Translations under genes and position numbers: made by a program
Shown: one piece after another, positions 1-9,034 of the stretch
Position numbering within the stretch: the stretch's first letter is position 1
Layout of the letters: each line of letters opens with the position of its first letter
DNA from: an uncultured Melioribacteraceae bacterium
Lineage (GTDB): Bacteria; Bacteroidota; Ignavibacteria; Ignavibacteriales; SURF-24
DNA length: 64,000 nt
Direction of reading: 5' to 3'
NCBI GenBank assembly: GCA_965365345.1
Contig: CBDUBH010000003.1
Location: 3,913 to 67,912 of the forward strand
The notes under the pieces: model-generated
Seen by the model: the letters and a program-made list of their open reading frames with translations, nothing else
The model's database searches: none
Told to the model about the DNA's origin: nothing

Positions 1-830
1 TTTTCTTTAACTTTGCTGAAAAATTCTTCTTCCGAAAATCCGTTCAATTCAAAAACAACTCTGTTATAAGGAAGAATTTTTAATTGTTCACCCGGAAAAA
101 GCACAGCCAAAAAGAAATTGTATTCTTCATCGCCGTTATGATCTTTATTTTGCTCCATTTTTACTTTTTGAGCGCGCGCCGCACTTGCAGCACGATGATG
201 ACCGTCAGCTATATATATATTTGAAATCTGACCAATTTCGGAAATAATTTTTGAATTATTTTCATCAGGCATGATCCAAATTGTATGTTGAACTCCATCA
301 GGTGCGGTAAAATCGTATAAAGGTTCTTTTTCAGCTTTAACTTTTTCAACAATTTCATTAACTGCGGCAATTCCTTTATAAGTTAAAAAAACCGGACCGG
401 TTTGCGCATTTGTAGTTGTAATGTGTTTTGTTCTGTCGTCTTCTTTTTCTTTTCTTGTTTTTTCGTGCTTCAAAACTACGTTATTGTTGTAATCATCAAC
501 AGAAAAAGTTGCGGCGATTCCGGTTTGCTCCTGATTTCCCATAACCAATTTATAAATATAAAAATAAGGTTTTTCATCAGTTAAAAGCGGAGCTTCGGCT
601 TTAATTCTTTCCAAATTTTCTTTTGCGCGGGCGTAAACTTCATCACTGTAATGATCAATATTTTTATCAAGTTCAATTTCGGCGCGTGTAATTCTTAAAT
701 AAGAAAAAGGATTTCCTTGTGCCAATTCTGCGGCTTCTTCGGTATTTACTACATCATAAGGAACACTTGCAACTTTGTCAGCAACTTCGGGCGCGGGTCT
801 TAACGCTTTGAAAGGTCTAATAACAGCCAT
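1..830 (-). CDS. DUF1015 family protein (N-terminal ~276 aa; 3' end runs off the window)
   Basis: Absent from the ORF track because it is truncated. My translation of the minus strand from ATG at 830-828 gives MAVIRPFKALRPAPEVADKVASVPYDVVNTEEAAELAQGNPFSYLRITRAEIELD...NIYIADGHHRAASAARAQ, with no stop down to base 1. The RPF.ALRP / VPYDV / ADGHHR pattern is what I recall for DUF1015. The listed ORF 402..584(+) is antisense noise inside it. Confidence 0.75.
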   Translation of the reverse strand, partial: MAVIRPFKALRPAPEVADKVASVPYDVVNTEEAAELAQGNPFSYLRITRAEIELDKNIDHYSDEVYARAKENLERIKAEAPLLTDEKPYFYIYKLVMGNQEQTGIAATFSVDDYNNNVVLKHEKTRKEKEDDRTKHITTTNAQTGPVFLTYKGIAAVNEIVEKVKAEKEPLYDFTAPDGVQHTIWIMPDENNSKIISEIGQISNIYIADGHHRAASAARAQKVKMEQNKDHNGDEEYNFFLAVLFPGEQLKILPYNRVVFELNGFSEEEFFSKVKE

Positions 831-875
831 TATCTTCCTCCATTTTATTAAAAATTTTTATGCTGTAAAATAAGG

Positions 876-1178
876 AAAAAGATTCAAAGATTAAAAGATA
901 TAAAGATTGAAAGATTAGAATGTCATTGCGAGACGTAGACGAAGCAATCTCTCTTATTTGTCATATCTCTCGATAATTATCTGGATGAGAAATCTTTTTT
1001 GTCATTTCGGGCAAAGCGAGAGATCTTTGCATTTTAAAATTCCCCTTAATAAAGGGGGATTTAGGGGGTTGTTGCTGTATTGATAAAAAACAGAGATTGC
1101 TTCACTTCGCTCGCAATGACAAGTACAATTATCAACAAATAATTGACAATTAATTCTTACTTTTTCATTTTTCATTGT
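876..1178. repeat. Composite MITE-like intergenic repeat: AAGATT-type array (+), nested GC-rich hairpin modules, AAGATT-type array (-)
   Basis: 876-920: aaaaagattcaaagattaaaagatataaagattgaaagattagaa. 922-953 (gtcattgcgagacgtagacgaagcaatctctc) is an inverted copy of 1091-1120 (cagagattgcttcacttcgctcgcaatgac). Inner modules are gtcatttcgggcaaagcgagagatct (~1000-1026) and ccccttaataaagggggatttagggggt (1042-1069). 1151-1178 (taattcttactttttcatttttcattg) is an array in reverse orientation. Confidence 0.8.
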
Positions 1179-1213
1179 AAATTATACATTATTCAAGCGA
1201 TTAAATTTCTTTT

Positions 1214-1537
1214 ATGAAAACACAAAATATTTTTTCTGAAATTCCTGATGATTTAAAAGATGAAATTTTTCAAAATCTTTTTGAAAAAGAAAATCTTAAA
1301 ATCGAGCGGATAATTTCCAACGGACAAACTACTCCCGAAGATTTTTGGTACGATCAAAATCAAAATGAATTTGTAATTCTACTAAAAGGAAAAGCTAAAA
1401 TCCTTTTTGAAATAGACCTTGAAGAAGTTGAATTAAATACCGGCGATTACATTTTAATTGAAGCGCGCAAAAAACATAAAGTAATTTTCACTTCAAAAAA
1501 TGAAACAACAATTTGGCTCGCGGTTCATTTTGATTGA
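1214..1537 (+). CDS. cupin domain protein
   Basis: 107 aa. The pattern ...FVILLKGKAKILFE...ELNTGDYILIEARKKHKV is typical of small single-domain cupins. Confidence 0.6.
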   Translation: MKTQNIFSEIPDDLKDEIFQNLFEKENLKIERIISNGQTTPEDFWYDQNQNEFVILLKGKAKILFEIDLEEVELNTGDYILIEARKKHKVIFTSKNETTIWLAVHFD

Positions 1538-1613
1538 AAACTTGATAAATATTTTGTAAATATAATTAAGCTGTTTATAACTATCTTTTTCATTTTTAAT
1601 TTTAATTATAATT

Positions 1614-1808
1614 ATGACTTTAAGAAGATCACGAACAAACAAAATGATAGCCGGAGTTTGCGGCGGCTTGGCTGAAATGCTGAACATCGATGTTACAATT
1701 GTAAGAATTGCTTATGTTTTGATTTCAATTTTCAGTGCGGCTTTTCCGGGAATTTTAGTTTATATAATTTTGTGGATCGTAATTCCCGAACGCGGCTACG
1801 ATGAGTAA
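1614..1808 (+). CDS. PspC domain-containing membrane protein
   Basis: RSRTNKMIAGVCGGLAEMLNIDVTIVRIAYVL followed by one TM helix is the classic PspC-domain signature. Confidence 0.85.
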   Translation: MTLRRSRTNKMIAGVCGGLAEMLNIDVTIVRIAYVLISIFSAAFPGILVYIILWIVIPERGYDE

Positions 1809-1904
1809 ATTCCGTTTGTAAAAAATTGTAATTTATCAAATCAAAAATTCATTTGCTTTTGAATTTTATTTACTTTTAAATTGTAAAATAAATTCGATGG
1901 CAAT

Positions 1905-3767
1905 ATGAAATATTTTAAAATTTTTCCTTTATTTTTTCTGATTTCCTTTTCTCAAATTTCCGCACAGCAAGATTCTTCCGAAGTGATCTTTAAATTTAAT
2001 TCCGCCGAAGCAAAATCAGTAGCGATTGCAGGAAGTTTTAATAATTGGACTCCGGCATTTCATCCTTTAAAAAAGATTGATGAAAATTCGTGGCAGCTTA
2101 AAACAAAATTAGCCGATGGATATTATTATTACAAAATGGTTGTTGATGGAAATTGGATTCCTGATCCCGCAAATTCTGAAAAAGTAAATGACGGCGGAAC
2201 AAATTTTAATTCAATCTTGAAAGTCGGAAATCCGCCAATTCCAAAAAGAAAAACTTATTCAATTTCTTTCCCGAAAGAGAAATTTCCAAGACCGGTTTTA
2301 ACTGATAACCCTGATTTTATTGATCTTTATTACGCAGCGTTAAATATGGCCTGGCAAAAAATCTCACACGGAACAAAACAAAACGGATTTGTTGAAAATT
2401 ATATGGATGAAGGATTCAGCGAACATATTTATCAATGGGACACAAACTTTATGGTCGCATTCGGAATGTATATGAATGATTTGCTGCCCGCAATTCAATC
2501 GCTTGATAATTTTTACCGCAAACAAAGAAATGACGGCTACATTCAAAGAGTTTACTGGGAAACTAACGGCGAAATTGCGCACGAGCCAACAAAAGAAGAA
2601 CCGATGGTAAATCCGCCGCTTTTCGCCTGGATGGAATTAAAATATTATAAACTTACAGCTGATAGTTCACGCTTAAAAAAAGCTCTTCCGGTTTTGATAA
2701 AATACTTTGTTTGGATTGAAGAAAATTGCAAAACTGAATTCAGCAAAAATTTATATTACACTTCTGAACTCGGCAGCGGAATGGATAATACTCCGCGAAT
2801 TAACGCAGCACAAACTGCATGGATAGATTTTTCTTCCCAGCAGGCGCTTGCAGCAAAATGTATTTCGCAAATAGCAAAAATTGTTGGCGATGAAAAAACC
2901 GATGCCGGTTTTCAATATCATTATAAAAGAATAAAAAATGACATCAACAAAATTTTGTGGAATGAAAACAAAGAATTTTATTTTGATCTAACCAGAAATG
3001 ATACGCTTGCAAATACAAAACACATCGGCGCATTCTGGTCTTTACTTTCCGAAGTGGCAAATGATGATCAAGCAAAAGGATTAATTAAACATTTAAAAAA
3101 TCCAAATGAATTTTGGAGAAATCATTTAGTGCCAACTCTTTCAGCTGATGATCCGCATTTTGATCCGAAAGGACATTATTGGCTTGGAAGTGTTTGGGCT
3201 CCGACAAATTATATGGTTGTAAAAGGTTTGGAAAAATATGGTTACGAAAATATTGCTGATGAAATCGCTATGAATCATATTCAAAATATGAGCTGGATTT
3301 ACAAATATTTTACTCCGCAAGAAAATCAAATTGCTTATGAAGAAAGATATTCAGATGGCTACAAAACAATTTGGGAATGCTATTCATCTGAATTTAAATC
3401 GCCGGCAACCCGTTGGGATAATACATTTTTATCGCGTCAGGATTTTGTCGGCTGGTCAGGATTAGGACCAATCGCAATGTTGATCGAAAATATTTTAGGG
3501 GTGGAATTAAATGGCGCTGAAAATAAAATAGTTTGGAGATTGCACAGAAAAGACAAACACGGAATTGAAAATATTAATTTTAAAAATGAAAAAATTAGTT
3601 TAGTAGCAAATCCAAAATCAGAAAATCAATTTGAAATAAAAGTTATTTCAGAAAATCCATTTATTCTTGAAATTATAAAAGAAGGAAAAACTAAATCATT
3701 TAATTTGCCTTTGAATAATGCCAGGAAAATTTCCGGAGGCAAATTTGAAAGCGTGATATTATTATAA
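1905..3767 (+). CDS. secreted glycoside hydrolase: N-terminal CBM48/AMPK-beta-like glycogen-binding module plus (alpha/alpha)6 GH63/trehalase-like catalytic domain
   Basis: Signal peptide. The module VIFKFNSAEAKSVAIAGSFNNWTP...YYYKMVVDGNWIPDP is CBM48-like. The motifs QWDTNFM, NPPLFAW, GSGMDNTPR and HYWLGSVWAPTNYM resemble MGH1/GH63-type six-hairpin glycosidases. Exact family and substrate are not resolved. Confidence 0.6.
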   Translation: MKYFKIFPLFFLISFSQISAQQDSSEVIFKFNSAEAKSVAIAGSFNNWTPAFHPLKKIDENSWQLKTKLADGYYYYKMVVDGNWIPDPANSEKVNDGGTNFNSILKVGNPPIPKRKTYSISFPKEKFPRPVLTDNPDFIDLYYAALNMAWQKISHGTKQNGFVENYMDEGFSEHIYQWDTNFMVAFGMYMNDLLPAIQSLDNFYRKQRNDGYIQRVYWETNGEIAHEPTKEEPMVNPPLFAWMELKYYKLTADSSRLKKALPVLIKYFVWIEENCKTEFSKNLYYTSELGSGMDNTPRINAAQTAWIDFSSQQALAAKCISQIAKIVGDEKTDAGFQYHYKRIKNDINKILWNENKEFYFDLTRNDTLANTKHIGAFWSLLSEVANDDQAKGLIKHLKNPNEFWRNHLVPTLSADDPHFDPKGHYWLGSVWAPTNYMVVKGLEKYGYENIADEIAMNHIQNMSWIYKYFTPQENQIAYEERYSDGYKTIWECYSSEFKSPATRWDNTFLSRQDFVGWSGLGPIAMLIENILGVELNGAENKIVWRLHRKDKHGIENINFKNEKISLVANPKSENQFEIKVISENPFILEIIKEGKTKSFNLPLNNARKISGGKFESVILL

Positions 3768-3790
3768 TTAATTATAAATATTATTTTTTC

Positions 3791-3818
3791 GTAGGAATGT
3801 AGCATGCTACGTTCCTAC
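3791..3818 (+). terminator. near-perfect 13-bp palindromic hairpin downstream of the glycoside hydrolase gene
   Basis: gtaggaatgtagc-at-gctacgttcctac (one G.U pair), 24 nt after the stop. There is only a weak T-run, so it may be a repeat-family hairpin rather than a strong terminator. Confidence 0.4.
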
Positions 3819-3944
3819 ATTCATTATTTTATATTTCGCATTTAAAATTTATCCGGAGTTTTTCATTTTACTCTTTAATTTACGTTTCACTATCATATCT
3901 TTAATTTTACTACATTTAAATATTTCCAAAATAATTTTTGTTAA

Positions 3945-5162
3945 ATGAATTTAGAAGAACTCCGGCAATTAAAAAATGAAAATGCGAAAAGGTTTTTGCA
4001 CGAGCATTTACAAGATGATCCGCAAAAATTCGCTTTGAAATATTCATCAAGAAAAGATTTGCCGATTCGTGCGATTGCCGAGCAAATTAAAAATTTTAAT
4101 AAAGCAAAACTGAAATTTCCTTCACTTTCAAATTTAAATTTGATTTATGAATCTGTTGCAGTTGAGCAATCTTCAAGTGAAATTGCCGCAAAGTTCAAAG
4201 CGAAATTATTTAAAGGAAAAAAAATAATTGATTTGACCGGCGGACTCGGAATTGATTCTATTTTCTTTTCGCAAAAATTTGCTGAAGTAATTTACTGCGA
4301 GCAAAAAGAAATTCTCTGCAAAATTTTCGAGCATAATTTAAATGAATTGAACATCAAAAATATTCAAATAAATTGCGGTAACTCAATTGAACATTTAAAT
4401 TCATTTAAAGAAAATTATTTTGATTTAATTTATGTTGATCCCGCACGAAGGGATAAAACAAAAAGAATTATTTCGCTACAAAATTCAGCGCCTGATGTCG
4501 TTGAACTTCAAAATTTACTTTTACAAAAATCTCCAAAAGTTTTAATTAAAGCTTCACCGGCCCTTGAAATCGAAGAAGCAATAAAACAATTAAAATTTGT
4601 TTCAAATATTTTTGTAGTTTCTATTGATAATGAATGCAAAGAAGTATTGATTTTATTGGATGAAAATCATTTTGAAGAAATTAGGATTAATGCCGTACTT
4701 TTAAATTCTAAAAATGATGAAGAAAGAATTTTTACAATAAATCATTCTGAGAAGTTCGGAAAAATAATTTCAGATAGTGTTGATAAATATTTTTACGAAC
4801 CGGATTCCGCAATTATAAAATCAAGACTGACCTATAAAATTGCGACTGAAATGAATATGAAATTTATAAACAGTAGCGTTGATTTTTTAACTTCGAAAAT
4901 ATTAATGGAGGATTTCCCGGGAAGGATTTTCAAAGTTTCCGAAGTTCAAAACTACAACGCAAAGAAATTAAAACAATTTTTTAAAGAAAATAAAATTACA
5001 AAAGCAAATATTTCTCGCCGGGAATTTCCGCTTTCACCCGATGAAATAAAGACGAAATTTAATTTAAAGGATGGCGGCGACAATTATTTTTTCTTTACAA
5101 AAAATTTTAGCGGGGAATTAATTTTTGTGCGTTGTTTTAAAATTGCAAGATTATTAAACTAA
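3945..5162 (+). CDS. class I SAM-dependent methyltransferase with C-terminal THUMP-like region
   Basis: SAM-binding motif IIDLTGGLGIDSIFF and post-I acidic residue. The ~400-aa length and architecture are typical of FCB-group 'THUMP-like domain' methyltransferases. Confidence 0.55.
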   Translation: MNLEELRQLKNENAKRFLHEHLQDDPQKFALKYSSRKDLPIRAIAEQIKNFNKAKLKFPSLSNLNLIYESVAVEQSSSEIAAKFKAKLFKGKKIIDLTGGLGIDSIFFSQKFAEVIYCEQKEILCKIFEHNLNELNIKNIQINCGNSIEHLNSFKENYFDLIYVDPARRDKTKRIISLQNSAPDVVELQNLLLQKSPKVLIKASPALEIEEAIKQLKFVSNIFVVSIDNECKEVLILLDENHFEEIRINAVLLNSKNDEERIFTINHSEKFGKIISDSVDKYFYEPDSAIIKSRLTYKIATEMNMKFINSSVDFLTSKILMEDFPGRIFKVSEVQNYNAKKLKQFFKENKITKANISRREFPLSPDEIKTKFNLKDGGDNYFFFTKNFSGELIFVRCFKIARLLN

Positions 5163-5224
5163 ATAACTGTAAAATGATTAGTGTAAAGACGGAATTCATC
5201 TCGACTAATCTTTAAAAATGATAT

Positions 5225-5776
5225 TTAATTTCTCAAAGCTGCTAATGGATTATGCCCGTGAATTCTATCTTTAACAACAAAGGTCGTAAAATCGCATTTT
5301 AAATTTCTCTGCAATAAAATATCATGTCCAAGACAAATTCCCATTATAATAACAAAATCATTTTCTTCGGAATTTAATTGATGCGCTTGTCCCAAAGGAT
5401 TGCATGAAACTTTGTGAATGCAACTGTTCTCATTTACTTCATCTTGTGCAACTCCGCCAACGGTGCACGAAACTGTTGAAAGTTTTAATCCGTTTCTTTT
5501 AAATTTTTCTTTTAAAAGTTTAGCATCTTTTTCAATTCCGTAACAATAATCCAAACCGGTTTTATTGTAATTCATTTTTTTTATGAATTCAATAATTTCC
5601 TGTAAGCGCGATAAATTTCCTGCTCTTCCATTATCAACAAGTTCTGCAGCAACTTTTATAATATTTTCATTTTCATCTTCTTGATATTCTGATCTTATAA
5701 TTTCTTGATCAAATTTTTCCGTGCCGCAAGCATTTAAAGTACGACATCCTTTATCCAAACATCCAACACAATTCAT
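5225..5776 (-). CDS. DUF1847-like Cys-rich metal-binding protein
   Basis: N-terminal CVGCLDKGC...C cluster, VSCTVGG, CNPLGQA, GICLGHD and VVKDRIHGHNP, as I recall for DUF1847. Recognised from memory only. Confidence 0.5.
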   Translation of the reverse strand: MNCVGCLDKGCRTLNACGTEKFDQEIIRSEYQEDENENIIKVAAELVDNGRAGNLSRLQEIIEFIKKMNYNKTGLDYCYGIEKDAKLLKEKFKRNGLKLSTVSCTVGGVAQDEVNENSCIHKVSCNPLGQAHQLNSEENDFVIIMGICLGHDILLQRNLKCDFTTFVVKDRIHGHNPLAALRN

Positions 5777-6002
5777 TTTAAATTTCCGTTAACAAATAAT
5801 TTTGTTGTATTTATTTTATTAAAGTTCATTAGGATTAGATGTTAAATTTATTGAATGGTTTCATTTATTTTATAAAGTGAATTTTATTACATTTTTATTG
5901 TAAATATTTTAATAAACTTTTCCCATAATAAAATTGCTTTTTAAAACAACAAAGACGAGAATGATCCCGTCTTTATTGAATAGAACTTTGATTTACATTA
6001 AT

Positions 6003-8453
6003 TCAATTACTTTCGATCTGCTTTTGCGCAAGTGAAGTAATTTCATCATAATCAAAATTTTCCGGATAGATCGGTTTCAAAAATTTCAATTGTATTTTTC
6101 CCGGTTTAGGAAATTTACTTCCAATCGAAAATTTTTCGTAAGCGCCTTTAATCACAACGGGAATTACAGGAACATTCAATTCTTTACTCAAAATTGCAAA
6201 TGATTTTTTGAAATCCATAACTTTACCATCACGACTGCGTGCGCCTTCCGGAAAAATTACCATGTTATTTCCTTTTTTAATTACGGCTGCAATTTTTTGC
6301 AAAGTCTGTTTTAAATCTTTATTCAAATTTAAAACCAGAATATTACTGTTCTTCGCAAAGAATTGACTGATCTTGGATTTTATATTTTTTTCTTTTGCAA
6401 AGAAATATGTTTTGTTCAACAACTTATTTTCCAAAACATTTGCAATTAAAAGTCCATCCATAAAACTTTGATGATTCGGAGCAATAATAACAGGCTGATC
6501 AGGAATATTTTCAATTCCTTCTGCATCAATTCTGATATAAGTTTTGAAAAACGGCTTTGTAACAAACTTCAAAAATTTCAACATGTAAGTTGAACTTTTC
6601 ACATCAAAGTTTACATCTTCTTTTAAAACTTTTCCCCAGTGCATAACTTCATTTTCAATTTTGGTCTTTTTCTCTTTAATGAAATCTGCAAGTTTGCGCA
6701 CCGTTGAATGAATTGAAAGATCTTCGTTGTTCATAGAAAATCCGAATGTTCTTTCTATTTGTGCTTGAAGTTCAACTTTATCAAGTGAATCCAATCCCAA
6801 ATCAAGTTCAACATGTTCATCAGGAAAAATATCTTTTTTAGTTACATTTTTTAAGTATTCCTCCAGAAATTTGTATTCCTGAAATTGCGGAATTTCTGCG
6901 CTTTGAATTTCTTTCTTCTCTTTATTCACCAATTCCGATAAAGTAAATCTTTTAATTTTTCCGAGTCTGGTTTTGGGAAGTTCATTGTGAACAACAGTAA
7001 AATTGAAAATTCTTTTGTATGGCGCAGCGGAAAGATTATACTTATCAATAACTTCCCACTTAATTGTTTCGTTTATGTTTACGATTTTTTCTTGTTGAAC
7101 TCTGTTGAAATCAGGGAATATAACTGCAAATAATTGATCATCTTTTTGAAAAACTCCAATTTCTTTTACGATTGGATTTATGCTCATCACTTTCTTTTCA
7201 ATTTCTTCGGGATTTAAATTTTTACCGTTCGGTAGAATTATAATTTCCTTTTTTCTTCCCGTTATGTAAAGATATCCATCTTTATCAATGTAACCTGTAT
7301 CGCCTGTATGAATCCATCCATCTTTTAATATTTCCGCAGTTTCTTCGGGTTTATTGTAATAACCTTTCATTACAATTCTACCGCTTGCTAAAATTTCATC
7401 ATCAACAATTTTAACTTTTACATCGCCGTAAGGCAATCCCACTGAACCGATCTTAACTTTTCCCGGAGGTGAATTTGTAATGATCGGCGCGGTTTCGGTC
7501 ATTCCGTAGCCTTCAAGAATTTCAAATCCCATTGCCTTGAAATCTCTGTTAACTTCCGGATCCAATTTTGCTCCGCCGCAAATGCAATATTGCAAGTGTC
7601 CGCCGAAATTATCCTGAACTTTTTTGAAAACTTTTCTTCCGAATTTGTAACTGTTAATGGAGCGCGAAACTTTCAGCAATAATTTTGCTACTTTATTTTG
7701 ATTGATTTTTGAAACAATTCCGTTGTGAAAAAGATTGTACAATCTCGGAACGCCGATCATGTATGTTGCTTTATATTTTTGAAACGCTTTTAAGATTTCT
7801 TCTGATGAAATTTGTTTTAAAATTACAACTTTTGCCCCGACAAAAGTCGGTAACATTATTGAACCTTGCAGCGGAAGCACATGATGATTTGGCAAAATTG
7901 CAACGGTTGTATCGGTCAAAGTAATAATTCCCTGTCCGTTTACGCATTGAATATTTGCTAAAACATTATCGTAAGAAAGCATTACGCCTTTGGGATTTCC
8001 CGTTGTGCCCGAAGTGTAAATTATAACTGCAACTTCGTTTAAATCTTCCTGGTCAACAAATTCAATTGATCTTTCCGCTTTGGGAATTTCCTTTAAATTT
8101 TCAAAAAGATAAACTTGCGGTTTATACTCAATTTTTGAGATTGCCGAATTCAATACTTCCGAAACATTTTGTGAAGTAAAAATATATTTAGGTCTGCAAT
8201 CATCAATGATATAAGCTACTTCATCGGCAGTTGACATAAAATCAATTGGAACATTTATTCCTTTTTTATTCCAGGTTGCATAAAAAGTATAATTATATTC
8301 GGGTCTGTTTTCCGAAAAGATTGCGATGCGATCGCCTTTTTCAATATCCATTAAATTTGAATACGCGCTTACATTCTGTAAAACTTCTTTGTAAGAAATT
8401 TCCTTATCTTCATAAATCAGCGCGGTTTTATTAAAATCCTGTATAAATTTCAA
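6003..8453 (-). CDS. tri-domain fusion: acyl-AMP ligase (adenylation) - carrier (PP-binding) - lysophospholipid/AGPAT acyltransferase
   Basis: AMP-binding cores YTSGTTGNPKGV, GYGMTET, TGDTGYIDKDGYLYITGRKKE and LPKTRLGKIKR. Carrier motif LDLGLDSLDKVEL (Ser codon at 6788-6786). PlsC motifs NHQSFMDG (HX4D) and FPEGARSRDG. Confidence 0.85.
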   Translation of the reverse strand: MKFIQDFNKTALIYEDKEISYKEVLQNVSAYSNLMDIEKGDRIAIFSENRPEYNYTFYATWNKKGINVPIDFMSTADEVAYIIDDCRPKYIFTSQNVSEVLNSAISKIEYKPQVYLFENLKEIPKAERSIEFVDQEDLNEVAVIIYTSGTTGNPKGVMLSYDNVLANIQCVNGQGIITLTDTTVAILPNHHVLPLQGSIMLPTFVGAKVVILKQISSEEILKAFQKYKATYMIGVPRLYNLFHNGIVSKINQNKVAKLLLKVSRSINSYKFGRKVFKKVQDNFGGHLQYCICGGAKLDPEVNRDFKAMGFEILEGYGMTETAPIITNSPPGKVKIGSVGLPYGDVKVKIVDDEILASGRIVMKGYYNKPEETAEILKDGWIHTGDTGYIDKDGYLYITGRKKEIIILPNGKNLNPEEIEKKVMSINPIVKEIGVFQKDDQLFAVIFPDFNRVQQEKIVNINETIKWEVIDKYNLSAAPYKRIFNFTVVHNELPKTRLGKIKRFTLSELVNKEKKEIQSAEIPQFQEYKFLEEYLKNVTKKDIFPDEHVELDLGLDSLDKVELQAQIERTFGFSMNNEDLSIHSTVRKLADFIKEKKTKIENEVMHWGKVLKEDVNFDVKSSTYMLKFLKFVTKPFFKTYIRIDAEGIENIPDQPVIIAPNHQSFMDGLLIANVLENKLLNKTYFFAKEKNIKSKISQFFAKNSNILVLNLNKDLKQTLQKIAAVIKKGNNMVIFPEGARSRDGKVMDFKKSFAILSKELNVPVIPVVIKGAYEKFSIGSKFPKPGKIQLKFLKPIYPENFDYDEITSLAQKQIESN

Positions 8454-8545
8454 CTTGATAAGCCTCTAAATTTTTTGTTTGAAAAATAGTGAAATTAATT
8501 TCAATTAGAAACAGAAACAACAAATGATAATGCTTTAATTAACCT

Positions 8546-8635
8546 GAGTCATTTCGATCCGCAAATGCGGAGAGAAATCTTTTTTAATCATAAGGATATC
8601 TCAGTCATTCTTACTTCGAAATGACAGATTTTTCT
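8546..8635. repeat. two GTCATT-type hairpin repeat modules
   Basis: gagtcatttcgatccgcaaatgcggagagaaatct (8546-8580) and tctcagtcattcttacttcgaaatgacag (8600-8628). Both are related to the modules at 987-1030. Confidence 0.7.
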
Positions 8636-8805
8636 TTTTTCTGATCATTTGTTTTCCACAAAATAACTCAATAATCATTATTGAAAATTTAGGATTTTAA
8701 TTCAATAATTAAAAATTATAATTATCGATTTTTACATCTATATTTAAATTAGAAATTTTTTTTGAAATACAAATTGATGTTTTAAATTGTTCAGACAACC
8801 CCCTT

Positions 8806-8842
8806 TATCCCCTTTTCCAAATGGGAATTTTATTATTTTTAG
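8806..8842. repeat. CCCCCTTT...GGGAATTTT repeat module (reverse-orientation copy of 1036-1072)
   Basis: caaccccctttatccccttttccaaatgggaatttt, compared with the reverse complement of 1036-1072, caaccccctaaatccccctttattaaggggaatttt. Confidence 0.65.
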
Positions 8843-9034
8843 ATTAGAATCAAATTTAAATATGCATCTAACTTTAAATTAATAATGAATGAAATTCTTA
8901 ATCAGTTTAACTAACCTCTTTACTGATAACTGAATACTACAAACTGAAAGCTATTTACTTGCTATAACATTTCATTTTAATTATTTTGGATAAAATAATT
9001 TTCGCTCCTCAAAAAAAATTATCCCGGAGTTTTG

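Noticed and set aside
402-584. Listed 60-aa + strand ORF
   Set aside because: It lies antisense inside the clearly coding DUF1015 gene (minus strand) and has a low-complexity F/C/V-rich translation. It is a spurious ORF.
5951-5974. Hairpin aaagacg-agaatgatcc-cgtcttt as terminator of the A-T-AGPAT gene
   Set aside because: It has only a 7-bp stem with a 10-nt loop and a modest U-run. It is plausible but too weak to list as a feature.
8454-9034. Possible glycine riboswitch upstream of the AGCS alanine/glycine symporter
   Set aside because: I read the region on the + strand and found none of the conserved glycine-riboswitch core elements (GGAGAG...CACCG...GGGGCAA-type). It contains repeat-family hairpins instead. 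A covariance-model scan would be decisive.
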